A stretch of 27,958 bases of DNA from a virus. Lineage: Duplodnaviria > Caudoviricetes. The translations under genes and the position numbers were made by a program. Below the pieces are notes generated by a model. That model was not told the origin of the DNA. It saw only the letters and a list, made by a program, of their open reading frames with translations, and did no database searches. Numbering within the stretch: the first letter of the stretch is position 1; each line of letters begins with the position of its first letter. Positions 15,331 through 24,646 of the stretch are shown here, piece after piece. Where the stretch lies: IMG/VR virus record IMGVR_UViG_3300020426_000020, positions 1 through 27,958 of that record; one strand, given 5' to 3'.

Positions 15331-15912
15331 ATGGCGCTGATGACGCAGGCTGAGTTCGCCGCGCATCGCGGCGTTGGCAAATCGGCCGTATCGAACTGGA
15401 AAAAGGCTGGCCTGCTCGTCTTCGCGGAGGGGCCGGACGGAAAACTCGGCGTGCATGTCGAGCGGACCGACGCCAAGCTGAATGCGCGGATCGATCCGAC
15501 CCGGGGCCGCCCAACGACGGCAATCGGTGAGCCGAGCGGTTCCAGCGAGATGCCCCTCGATGGCGAGGTTGCCCAGCCAGGCCTTCGCAATGCAGCCGCA
15601 GTCCGGGTCGAGGTCGCGGAGGAAGAGCTAGTCGCCAAGCGCATGAAGAATGCGGAGGGCGCACGCGCCCTGGTGCCGCTGATCGAGGTCGAGCGGCGAC
15701 TTGGCCAATTGGGCCGCATGGCGCGCGAGCGCGTCGAGGCGGAACTGCGTGGCATGGCTGAGCAGATCGCGGCCGCTAGGGAAGGTCGCACGGTCATGAT
15801 GCTGATGGCATCGGCCTGCGACGCCGCGTTCGACGCGCTGGCGGATGCCATAGAGCGCGGCGCTCTGGCAGAGGTTGACGACGATGCCGAGCAGGAGGCG
15901 GAAGCGGCATGA
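15331..15912 (+). CDS. Terminase small subunit (Nu1-like)
   Basis: N-terminal wHTH MTQAEFAAHRGVGKSAVSNWKKAG, coiled coil with a G.LVP..EV motif; overlaps terL. Confidence 0.85.
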   Translation: MALMTQAEFAAHRGVGKSAVSNWKKAGLLVFAEGPDGKLGVHVERTDAKLNARIDPTRGRPTTAIGEPSGSSEMPLDGEVAQPGLRNAAAVRVEVAEEELVAKRMKNAEGARALVPLIEVERRLGQLGRMARERVEAELRGMAEQIAAAREGRTVMMLMASACDAAFDALADAIERGALAEVDDDAEQEAEAA

Positions 15913-18038
15913 TCGCCTTCGACTATGATCGGTTCGGGGTGGTAGCCGGCGGGGTCCTGCGCCGGAACGTGCGGCGCCTCGATCGTGCATTGGCGACGGC
16001 TATCCGCCCGCCGGTGAGGATGACGGTATCGGAGTGGACGGCGGAGCATCGGTATTTCCCCGACGATGCGCCCATCCCCGGCAAGTGGCGGCATGAGACC
16101 GCGCCCGAACTGGTCGAGATCATGGACGCCCTGTCCCCGCATGATCCGTGCGAGGAAGTGGACCTGATGAAATGCGCCCAATCTGGCGGTTCGGCGAGCG
16201 CCGAGAACTGGCTGGGTTTCATGAGCGACCAGGCACCGGGGCCGGCGCTGTTCGTGCAGGCGACGGCCAAAGCGGCGACTGCATGGGCAGCGGAGAAATT
16301 CTGGCCGATGGTAGAGGCGTCGCCGCGGCTCAATCCAGAGCGGGGCGGCACGATCCGCGCTCAGGGCCTCGCCAATGGCGACGGGTCCACGACCGAGAAG
16401 ATCCTGTTCAGCCGCACTGGCAGCGGCAGCTACATCCTGCTGGCCGGCGCGAACTCCGCAGCCAACTTGCGCCAGCGCACGGTGCGTTATGCGGTCGAGG
16501 ACGATCTCGATCAGTTTCCGTCCGACCTCGACAATCAGGGGTCGCCGGAAAGCATGATCGACGAGCGGCTCAAGGTCTGGCGCTCGCGCGGGCTGTCGAA
16601 ACGGATCAAGATATCGACCCCCACGATCAAGGGGGCGTCCAAGATCGGCGCGGCCTATTCGAAGAGCGACCGCCGCCGCTTCTACTTCAAGTGCCCCGAA
16701 TGCGGCGACCGGTTCGTGCCGCAGTGGGAAGATATTCAATGGCCCGAAGGCCGGCACGAGGAAGCCTATCTCGCGCCGCCCTGCTGCGGTGTCGAGCGGA
16801 TCGAGCATTGGCGTAAAAGCTCGATGAAGCTGTCCGACGGATGGCTGTCGGACATGATCGACGGCGATCCCGTGCCGCGCGTGCTGAGCGAAGAAGCCTT
16901 TCAGGTGCTGCGACAGCGGATGCCGCAGAGCCTGCGCCGGGGGTTCCATCTGCCAGGCGAGATATCGACGTTTCAGAGCTGGGCGGAAATGGCGGTCAGC
17001 TTCCGCGACGCACAGGGCGACATTTCGAAGCTCAAGACGTGGACGAACCTCAAGCGCGGGATCGAATTCGAACTCAAGGGCGACACGCCGGACTACGAGG
17101 CGCTTTCAGCGCTTCGGGAGCAGGATTGGGGCCGGGGCAACATACCTGTCGGTCCGGTCGTCACGGTGCTGGGCGTCGACGTGCAGGGTGACGGCGTCTA
17201 TCTGGAAGTCGTCGGCTACGCTGAGCGGTCGGAAAGCTGGCAGATCGACGCCCGGTTTATACCTGGCGCTACGGACATCCCGGGCCAAGGCGCATGGGCG
17301 GACCTCGACGCCTACAGCAAGCGGGGTGTCACCTTCCCCGGCGGCAAGGTGGTGCCGATCGACCAGGAATGTGTCGACGCGGGTTATCACACCGAAGCGG
17401 CGCAGGCCTATTGCGCAAAGCGACCGCGCAGGACGGCGATTTTCGGCCGTCATGGCTGGAACCGTCCGCCGGTCGGTCGCGGTGAAGCCATTGCGTTCGA
17501 CCGTCAAGGCCGGCGTGCAGGGTCGGCGTCGAAGCGGGCGGAAGACAAGGCGTTCATCGTCGGGATCGATGGGCTAAAATTAAGCTGGTACGGCTTCCTG
17601 CGGGCATCGGTCAAGGCAGTGGCCGAAGCGGTGGAGGCCGGGGCGCCCGTGGCATCGCCAGTCGGCCGCGTCCATCTCGGCCGCGACGTGCCCGAGGATT
17701 GGGCGGAGCAGGCAACGGCCGAAACGATCATCGTCAAGATGATAAACGGTTTTCCGGACCGACGCTGGACGCCAATGGCGGGGCGGCAGAACCATTATCT
17801 CGACTGTCGCATCTATGCGATGGCCGCCGCCGCCAAGCTGATGCTGGATACTCTGACCGAGGTCGACTGGGCACGGCTGCGGGCAGAACGCTACGCTCCG
17901 GCGGACCCCGACCAGGGCGACCTGCTGGCGATGCCGATGGCGCAAGCGGCAACACCAAAAGCCCCAGAAACGGGGGTCACGAGCGAAGAAGATGATCGCC
18001 CCGCGGGGTGGATCGCACCTCAAAAGGATTGGTTCTGA
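15909..18038 (+). CDS. Terminase large subunit, lambda GpA family
   Basis: PP.RMTVSEW, MKCAQSGGS, GANS..NLR, ISTPTIKG.SKI, SDRRRFY..CPECG, LGVDVQ, DAGY and NHYLDC motifs. Confidence 0.95.
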   Translation: MIAFDYDRFGVVAGGVLRRNVRRLDRALATAIRPPVRMTVSEWTAEHRYFPDDAPIPGKWRHETAPELVEIMDALSPHDPCEEVDLMKCAQSGGSASAENWLGFMSDQAPGPALFVQATAKAATAWAAEKFWPMVEASPRLNPERGGTIRAQGLANGDGSTTEKILFSRTGSGSYILLAGANSAANLRQRTVRYAVEDDLDQFPSDLDNQGSPESMIDERLKVWRSRGLSKRIKISTPTIKGASKIGAAYSKSDRRRFYFKCPECGDRFVPQWEDIQWPEGRHEEAYLAPPCCGVERIEHWRKSSMKLSDGWLSDMIDGDPVPRVLSEEAFQVLRQRMPQSLRRGFHLPGEISTFQSWAEMAVSFRDAQGDISKLKTWTNLKRGIEFELKGDTPDYEALSALREQDWGRGNIPVGPVVTVLGVDVQGDGVYLEVVGYAERSESWQIDARFIPGATDIPGQGAWADLDAYSKRGVTFPGGKVVPIDQECVDAGYHTEAAQAYCAKRPRRTAIFGRHGWNRPPVGRGEAIAFDRQGRRAGSASKRAEDKAFIVGIDGLKLSWYGFLRASVKAVAEAVEAGAPVASPVGRVHLGRDVPEDWAEQATAETIIVKMINGFPDRRWTPMAGRQNHYLDCRIYAMAAAAKLMLDTLTEVDWARLRAERYAPADPDQGDLLAMPMAQAATPKAPETGVTSEEDDRPAGWIAPQKDWF

Positions 18039-18253
18039 TGCCTGCACCTGACTACGCGACCGAGATCGCCGCGCTGGAGGCGGGCATGGCATCGGGGGAG
18101 GCTACGATCGAGAGCGATGGCGAGCGTGTCACCTACCGCTCGATCAGCGACATTCGTGCCGCGCTGACCTATTTTCGTTCGCGCGCTGCTGACGCCCTGC
18201 TGCCTCGGACACTGAGCGGCGGGACGACACTGGCCCGGTTCGAGCGCGACTAA
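18038..18253 (+). CDS. gpW-like head-tail joining protein
   Basis: IAALEAGMASG...I..DGERVTYRS..DI.AAL; located between terL and the portal gene; TGATG overlap. Confidence 0.85.
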   Translation: MPAPDYATEIAALEAGMASGEATIESDGERVTYRSISDIRAALTYFRSRAADALLPRTLSGGTTLARFERD

Positions 18254-18255
18254 CC

Positions 18256-19755
18256 GTGCGGTTCGGCGACATCATCGATCGCGCCATCGAGCCGTTCGCC
18301 CCCCGTTGGACGGCGCAGCGGATTGCCGCGCGCGCAGGCATCGCTGCCTATCGTCAATATGACGCCGCCGCTTTCGGACGCCGTGCCAATGGCATCCGTC
18401 GCCCGCAGACCGATGCAGATGCCGAAAATGCCCGCGCCAGCGCTCGCCTGCGCGCCACCGGTTATGAGATGTTCCGCAACAACAAATATGTGAACAGTGC
18501 GGTGCGGCACATGGTGGCCGATATGATCGGCGACGGAATCGCGCCGCAGTTTGCGCATGAGGACAAGGCGGTCGCGAAGAGGGCGCAGGATCATTGGAAC
18601 CGTTGGGCGGAATCGAAGGTCGACGGCGAGGATGATTTCTACGGCTATGAGAAGATCGCCGCTCAAACGACCATTGTGGGCGGCGAGGTCCTGACCCAGT
18701 GGAAGGACGCCAATGGCGTCCCGAACAGTCGGATTTCGGGACTTGAGGGCGATTTCCTCGACCAAGCGAAGCAGGAAGATCGGGTTGACGGTTCGCGCAT
18801 CACGCAAGGCGTCGAGTTCGACAGGGCGGGCGAGCGCAGCGCCTACTGGCTGTTCGACAAGCATCCGGGCGGATCGATGCTGTTGTCGACCTTCAAGTCT
18901 TCGCCTGTGGATGCGCGGTATGTCGATCATCTCTACGATCGCCAGCGGTTCGGACAGACGCGCGGCGTCTCATGGCTTGCTGCCGTCGCGCTCGACCTGA
19001 ATGACATCGGCGACATCGAGGACGCCGTGCGGATGCAGCAAAAGGTGCAGGCATGTCTTGGTCTCATCCTCGTTCCTGGGAGCGGTGAAGGCACCTCTCC
19101 GCTATCAACAACGCAGCAAGCGAAAGTCGATCCTGCGCGAACGGGCCGGCTTGAGGAATCTGTCTCGCCGGGCATGATCTACCGGGCAGCACAGGGGGAT
19201 CAGGTCCAGACCATCAACCCGAGCCAATCCGGGGGCGCAGTAGAGTTCATCCGTCAGCAGTTGGCGGCGGCCTCGGCCACGCTCGCACCCTATCACCGGA
19301 TGACGGGCGATGTGACACAGGCGAATTATTCGAGCCTGCGCGCCGCCATGCTTGGCCAGTGGGCGCTGCTGGACGACTGGCAGCAGAATATCATCATTCC
19401 GCGACTGGTGAAGCCGGCGGTGCTGCGGCGGATGCAGATTGCGGCGCTGGAGACGGGCGACCGTCGCATCCTCGACTGCGGCATCAGCTATGCGCTTCCG
19501 GTTCGCCGTTTTGTCGATCCGATCAAGGACCTGATGGCCGAGCTGATCGAGATCCGCAGCGGCATCAAGACGCTGACACGCTCGCTCGCAGAGCGCGGGA
19601 TCAATGCCGAGGAGCATCTTCAGGCGATCAAGCAGGTCAACGACCAGATCGACCTTTTGGGTCTCGCGCTCGACAGCGATCCACGGCGGGTCACCGGCGC
19701 CGGCGTCCTCCAGGCCGCTGCTGGCTACATCGCACCAAGGGCCGAGGCGGCCTGA
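18256..19755 (+). CDS. Portal protein, lambda family
   Basis: YDAA..GRR, LR....RNN, GVEFD..G...AYW, GQ.RGVSWLA, TGDV..ANYSS.RA and DPIKD motifs. Confidence 0.95.
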   Translation: MRFGDIIDRAIEPFAPRWTAQRIAARAGIAAYRQYDAAAFGRRANGIRRPQTDADAENARASARLRATGYEMFRNNKYVNSAVRHMVADMIGDGIAPQFAHEDKAVAKRAQDHWNRWAESKVDGEDDFYGYEKIAAQTTIVGGEVLTQWKDANGVPNSRISGLEGDFLDQAKQEDRVDGSRITQGVEFDRAGERSAYWLFDKHPGGSMLLSTFKSSPVDARYVDHLYDRQRFGQTRGVSWLAAVALDLNDIGDIEDAVRMQQKVQACLGLILVPGSGEGTSPLSTTQQAKVDPARTGRLEESVSPGMIYRAAQGDQVQTINPSQSGGAVEFIRQQLAAASATLAPYHRMTGDVTQANYSSLRAAMLGQWALLDDWQQNIIIPRLVKPAVLRRMQIAALETGDRRILDCGISYALPVRRFVDPIKDLMAELIEIRSGIKTLTRSLAERGINAEEHLQAIKQVNDQIDLLGLALDSDPRRVTGAGVLQAAAGYIAPRAEAA

Positions 19756-19770
19756 TCTAGGGAGTATGCA

Positions 19771-21807
19771 ATGACGCAACTGCGCACGGTCGCAGCCTTG
19801 GGGCTGCTGGCCTCCACGATGATTGTCCGCGCAAGCGCGCCGCCCGGTGATGAGAGTGAACGTCGGCAACCCATGGCAGGTTTTCAGGGCTCACGGCTCG
19901 CAACGGTCGAGCCGGGCAGCTATGACGCGACCGCGCGCACCGTCGAGGCGGTGCTGTCCGCCGGATCGGCCGTTCGGCGTTGGTATTTCACCGAAGAACT
20001 GGAAATCAGCGAAGAGGCCGTCGACCTAGGTCGCGCGACTTCCGGTCTGGTCTGCCTGCTCGACACGCACAATCAGCGGGAAGCAGACGCTGTCATCGGG
20101 CGCGTGTCGAACGTCCGCATCGAAAATGGCCAGCTGATCGGTCTCCTGCACTTCGGCGAAACCGATCGTGCTCGTCAGATCGAGGGCATGGTGTCGCGCG
20201 GCGAAATGCGCGGCGTGTCGATCGGCTATCGCGTCACCAAGTGGGAAATCACCCGCACCGACGAAACCGACCATGAGACCTGGCGCGCAACCGGCTGGGA
20301 ATTGCTTGAAGTCAGTCTCGTCTCCGTTCCGGCAGATGCGAACGCCGGGGTTCGCTCTGCATCGGCTGACCATCCCGGCGTCGGCACCATCGCCACAATC
20401 GAAGAGGAAGATGAAATGAGGCGTAACCTGCCCGGCGGCGCGCCCGCGCCGACGACCATTGCGGCTGCTCCGGCGGTCGAAACTCGCATCGAGCCGAGCG
20501 CTCCTGCTCCTGCTGCTCCGAATGCGGCGCAGCTTAGCCGCTTTGGCGCAAGCGATGCGCTCGGCTTTGTCGCCGATGCCCGCGCCTTTGGCGAACCGCT
20601 CGCCGCCCGCGCCCTCGAACTGGTGAGCCAGAACGAGCGGGGCGAAATCAGCGTCGAGACGGCGCGTAGCGCCCTGCTGACCGCCGCCGCCGAACATCAA
20701 CGCGCCGCCGTCACGCCGGTCAGCGGTGGAACCCGGGTCGATGTCCGCACCGACGAGCGGGACGCAAGCCAGGGCGCGATCGTCGACGGGCTTGTGGCTC
20801 GTGCGCTAGGCCGCGAAATCCCGGAAGGCGCGCGGCAGTTCACCGGCATCAGCCTACTGGAGTTGGCGCGCGAACGCGCCAATGTCTCGCGCAACGAACG
20901 GGACCCTGACGTCATCATGCGCGCTGCACACACGACATCGGACTTTCCGATAATCATGGAACAGACCGGGCAGCGCATCCTGCTAGAGCGGTATCAGGCC
21001 GCACCGCCGACATTCCAGGCCATCGCGCGCCGGCGCAATTTGCGAGACTTCCGTCCAACAAATCTGCTTCGCGTTGGTGATTTTCCTACCCTCAAGCCGT
21101 ATTTGGAGGACGGAGAGATCAAGGCCGGCACCATCGGCGAAGGCAAGGAACAGGTCCGGCTCGGTTCGTTCGGTCGCCGCCTTTCGCTCACGCGACAGGC
21201 GATCATCAACGATGATATCGGCGCATTTGACGAGGTGTTCGGTTCGATCGGGACGATGATCGCCCAGTTCGAAAATGCTTTTTTCTACAGTGTGAAGGCG
21301 GCCAATGGAGGCCTCGGTCCGAAGCTGAGCGACGGAAAGACCGTCTTCCACGCCGATCATGGCAACCTGGCAGGCAGTGGCGGCTCGATGACCGTCCCGC
21401 TCATCAGCGCAGGCCGCGCGGGTATCCGCAAGCAGAAGAACCTGGAGGGTCAGGTCATGAACCTGCGGCCCTCCATATTGTTGGTCGGACCGGACACCGA
21501 AACGCTTGCCGAGCAGCTGACGTCGCCGCTCCAGCCCCAGCAGGCTGGCAACGTCAACCCATTCTCGGGCCGCCTCAATGTCGTGCCGGAAGGCTCGATC
21601 CCAGACTATTCCTGGGAACTCTACGCCGATCCGGCGCAGGCCCCCGTCTGGGTCTACGGCTCGCTGGAATCCGCGCCAGCCCCGCGCCTCATGACCAAGG
21701 AAAGTTGGTCCACCGACGGCATCGGATTCCGGGTCACCTACGATTTCTACGCCGACGCGATCGACTATCGCGGCGCCTATCGCAACCCCGGCGCCGCGCC
21801 GGCCTGA
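19771..21807 (+). CDS. Prohead protease-major capsid fusion protein
   Basis: HK97-type protease (LLDTH, VSIGYRV, WELLEVSLVSVPAD), a low-complexity linker/scaffold, and a capsid domain (HTTSDFP, DFRP, GEIK.GT, TRQAIINDD, DYRG). Confidence 0.92.
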   Translation: MTQLRTVAALGLLASTMIVRASAPPGDESERRQPMAGFQGSRLATVEPGSYDATARTVEAVLSAGSAVRRWYFTEELEISEEAVDLGRATSGLVCLLDTHNQREADAVIGRVSNVRIENGQLIGLLHFGETDRARQIEGMVSRGEMRGVSIGYRVTKWEITRTDETDHETWRATGWELLEVSLVSVPADANAGVRSASADHPGVGTIATIEEEDEMRRNLPGGAPAPTTIAAAPAVETRIEPSAPAPAAPNAAQLSRFGASDALGFVADARAFGEPLAARALELVSQNERGEISVETARSALLTAAAEHQRAAVTPVSGGTRVDVRTDERDASQGAIVDGLVARALGREIPEGARQFTGISLLELARERANVSRNERDPDVIMRAAHTTSDFPIIMEQTGQRILLERYQAAPPTFQAIARRRNLRDFRPTNLLRVGDFPTLKPYLEDGEIKAGTIGEGKEQVRLGSFGRRLSLTRQAIINDDIGAFDEVFGSIGTMIAQFENAFFYSVKAANGGLGPKLSDGKTVFHADHGNLAGSGGSMTVPLISAGRAGIRKQKNLEGQVMNLRPSILLVGPDTETLAEQLTSPLQPQQAGNVNPFSGRLNVVPEGSIPDYSWELYADPAQAPVWVYGSLESAPAPRLMTKESWSTDGIGFRVTYDFYADAIDYRGAYRNPGAAPA

Positions 21808-21815
21808 TGGTGGTA

Positions 21816-21843
21816 GCGGCGGCCGACCGGCTGCCGCCTTCTT
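21816..21843 (+). terminator. Hairpin after the major capsid gene (weak terminator or mRNA stabiliser)
   Basis: GCGGCGGCC-GACC-GGCTGCCGC followed by CTTCTT. Confidence 0.5.
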
Positions 21844-21867
21844 CCGTCCACTTCTGGAGACGATATC

Positions 21868-22203
21868 ATGAAAAACTTTATTCAAGAGGGCCGTTCGCTC
21901 GACTTTGTCGCTCCCGCTGGGGGTGTGGTGTCGGGCGTGCCGCTTCTGATCGCCGCCCTGATCGTTATCCCGTCGACTACCGCCGCCGAGGGGGAAGCGT
22001 TCGCCGGCGATGTGGAAGGCGTTTTCGAGGTGGCCGCCGCCACCGGCCAAGCCTGGTCGGTGACTGGCACACTGCTTTACTGGGACGATACCGCCAAACG
22101 CTTCACCACGACCGCCACCAACAATACCAAGCGCGGCGTTGCGGCCGCCCCCAAGGCCAATGGCGATGCCGTTGGCTGGGTCAAGCTGATCCAAGCAATA
22201 TAA
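21868..22203 (+). CDS. DUF2190-family capsid cement/decoration protein
   Basis: MKNFIQEG..LD..AP.GGV.SG, EGVF, LYWD and VKL motifs; located after the capsid gene. Confidence 0.85.
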   Translation: MKNFIQEGRSLDFVAPAGGVVSGVPLLIAALIVIPSTTAAEGEAFAGDVEGVFEVAAATGQAWSVTGTLLYWDDTAKRFTTTATNNTKRGVAAAPKANGDAVGWVKLIQAI

Positions 22204-22215
22204 GGCAGCATCGCG

Positions 22216-22557
22216 ATGTCCTTCCCCGAAGTCCGTGCGCGTCTCGATGACGCCGTGTTCCGGCGCTTCGGGGAGGATGCGACCTATGTGTCGCGGTTTG
22301 GCCAGACGATCGAAAATGTGCGGGTGATCCGGAAGGAGCCGGATGAAGAGCCGCGATTTGGCGATAGCCGCGTCATCATGTCGACTTGTCGGCTGCGGGT
22401 TCGCAGGTCGCAGGTGCGCGATATTGGCGAGAATGACCGTTTCATCCTGATCGAGGATGGTGCTGAGATCGAGATCCTCGTGACGGGGGATCCCATGCTG
22501 AATGCAAGGCGTACGATCTGGACAACCGGCGCAGAGCGGGTGGATGTGTCGCGGTGA
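22216..22557 (+). CDS. Head-tail joining protein (gpFII-like)
   Basis: Gene order and D.VF..FG.DATY...VRVI...PD pattern. Confidence 0.7.
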   Translation: MSFPEVRARLDDAVFRRFGEDATYVSRFGQTIENVRVIRKEPDEEPRFGDSRVIMSTCRLRVRRSQVRDIGENDRFILIEDGAEIEILVTGDPMLNARRTIWTTGAERVDVSR

Positions 22558-23237
22558 AGGTGCTCGCGGGAGTGGTCGGCGGGTCGCTAGCCGGCCAGAT
22601 GGCGGCGATTGAGGGCGATATTGCGCGCGACATCACCGACATCATGAACGACGAAGTCGACGCGCTGAAGCTTGAATTGCGCCAGCAGGTCACCAGCGCG
22701 GGGCTGGGTGCGCGCATGGCAAAGACATGGCGGTCGAACGTCTACCCCAAGGCAGGTCAGTCGCTTAATCCGGCGGGCTATATTTGGTCGGCTGCGCCCG
22801 AAATTATATCATCATACATTGATGGCGCCACGATCCGTCCCGCGAATGGCGGCAAATGGTTGTGGATTCCGACCAAGGCGGTGCCGCGCCGGCGGCGGGC
22901 GAGCAATTATGCGTCGTCGCTAGGCAGGCGGTCGCGGGGCACGGCGATGACGCCCGAGGAAGTCGAACTGCATTTTAATGCAGAGTTCGACATCGCATTT
23001 GAGGGCGGCAAGGGTTTTGCGTTCATCGACGTTGTTTCCGGCCTGTCGAGCGGATATCGGCAGGCGACGGCAGGACGCCTGCGCGGCCGTCGGGGCATGG
23101 CGCCGCGCAAGGCCAAGCCCGTGCTGATGTTCACACTCGTCAAAGCCGTGAAGAAGCCGCGTTTACTCGACCTTGATGGTCCAACACGGCGCGCGGCGAA
23201 TCGGATTGCGGCCCGCCTCAATGCCCGGTGGAGTTGA
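22554..23237 (+). CDS. Neck/tail completion protein (DUF6441/gpZ-like)
   Basis: LK.ELR.QV..AGLG.R.A..WR...YP, SLNPA, G.TIR...G.WL.IPT and RLLDL motifs; basic protein. Confidence 0.75.
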   Translation: MKVLAGVVGGSLAGQMAAIEGDIARDITDIMNDEVDALKLELRQQVTSAGLGARMAKTWRSNVYPKAGQSLNPAGYIWSAAPEIISSYIDGATIRPANGGKWLWIPTKAVPRRRRASNYASSLGRRSRGTAMTPEEVELHFNAEFDIAFEGGKGFAFIDVVSGLSSGYRQATAGRLRGRRGMAPRKAKPVLMFTLVKAVKKPRLLDLDGPTRRAANRIAARLNARWS

Positions 23238-23240
23238 GGC

Positions 23241-23675
23241 ATGTCGCTTCGTCATGAGGTCGATCAGGCGGTGCTCGCGCTGGTCCGTGCCACCCTGCCC
23301 GATCATGAGGTCATCGGCCTGGAGGATGGCGCGGAGCGCGCGGGGCGCACGGGGGAATTCGAGACCGTCACCCTGCGCGACGGACAGCTGGAAGAGGAAG
23401 GCGTCGACCTGTGTCCGCCGACCTGGCATTGGGTCCACCGGGTGCCGGTGGAACTGCGCGCCTATAAGCAGACGACGCCGCTGCGCGTCGTAATCGACCG
23501 GATTGCCGGGAAGATCGGCGCGGCGATCGCTGCCGATCGCTTCCTTGGCGGGCTGGTCGCCTATCTGGACGTCAGTGGCCTGGACGTCGAGCCGCTGAGC
23601 AGTTTCGGATCGCGTACCGAGCTGGGCGCGACCTTCGACATCGTCGCCACCTATTCGAGCGACAAGCCCCTCTGA
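23241..23675 (+). CDS. Tail terminator protein (gpU-like)
   Basis: IAADR.LGGL and Y....PL terminus; located immediately before the tail tube gene. Confidence 0.7.
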   Translation: MSLRHEVDQAVLALVRATLPDHEVIGLEDGAERAGRTGEFETVTLRDGQLEEEGVDLCPPTWHWVHRVPVELRAYKQTTPLRVVIDRIAGKIGAAIAADRFLGGLVAYLDVSGLDVEPLSSFGSRTELGATFDIVATYSSDKPL

Positions 23676-23700
23676 TTTCAACCAACAAAGGAGTTCGGCC

Positions 23701-24636
23701 ATGGCTTTTGGCATGGGCATCAATTCGGTCCTGCACGCTGTGACCGAAACCACCTATGGCGTCACACCCGCAAGCGGATTTTTGAAACTGCCCTTCGTAT
23801 CGCATACGATGGGCGAAGAGCGTCCACTGATCGAGGACGATCTGCTCGGCTTCGGGCGCGAAGGCCTTGACCCGACCTATGACGTGGCGACGAATGACGG
23901 CGATATCGTGGTCCCGATCGACGTGTTCGCCTTCGTCTATTGGCTCAAAGCCATGTTCGGCGCGCCGGTAACGACAGGCGCGGGCCCCTATACGCATGTC
24001 TTTGAATCCGGGAAGGCCAGCCTTCCAAGCCATTCGATCGAGATCGGCAATCCCGATGTGCCCGCCTTTTCCGTGCATTATGGCGCCATGCTCAACCAGA
24101 TGCGCATCGGCATGGCACGCAGCGGTCTGCTGAACGCCTCTCTGTCTTTCATCGCCCAAGGAGAGTCTCAGAATTCGACAACGTCCGTCGCTGGGGTTGT
24201 GGGGACACGGCAAGGCCCGCGCTTTGCGCAGGCGAGCGGCGTCATCAAGCGCGACGGCGTGGCGCTGGGCAACATTGTGTCGGCCGACATTGCTATTTCC
24301 AACGGATTGGACAAGATCGAGGGGATCCGAGAGGATGGCAGGATCGGTGGTTTGGTCCCCGGCGTAGTGCAGGCGGCGATTAACTTTACCGCTCGCTTCA
24401 ATTCGCTGGATTTGCTCAATGCGGCGACCAGCGGAACTCCGATCAATCTGGATGAGGTCGGCTGGGCGCGTGGACCTCACGCCATCAAATTCGCCTTTCC
24501 CAAGGTGTTTCTGCCGCGCGTGAAGCGTCCCGTGTCCGGTCCCGGTGGCATCATGGCTGAATTTAACTGTCAGGCGAGTGGTGCCGAGGGCCACAAGGTC
24601 ATCTGCACCGCCCTTTCGTCCATCCAGAATATCTGA
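23701..24636 (+). CDS. Major tail tube protein
   Basis: ET.YG..P..GF..LPF...G.E.PL...DLLG.GR, LPS.SIE.G.P.VP and SGPGGI.A.F..QA motifs; AAGGAG RBS. Confidence 0.85.
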   Translation: MAFGMGINSVLHAVTETTYGVTPASGFLKLPFVSHTMGEERPLIEDDLLGFGREGLDPTYDVATNDGDIVVPIDVFAFVYWLKAMFGAPVTTGAGPYTHVFESGKASLPSHSIEIGNPDVPAFSVHYGAMLNQMRIGMARSGLLNASLSFIAQGESQNSTTSVAGVVGTRQGPRFAQASGVIKRDGVALGNIVSADIAISNGLDKIEGIREDGRIGGLVPGVVQAAINFTARFNSLDLLNAATSGTPINLDEVGWARGPHAIKFAFPKVFLPRVKRPVSGPGGIMAEFNCQASGAEGHKVICTALSSIQNI

Positions 24637-24646
24637 GGAGCGCGTC

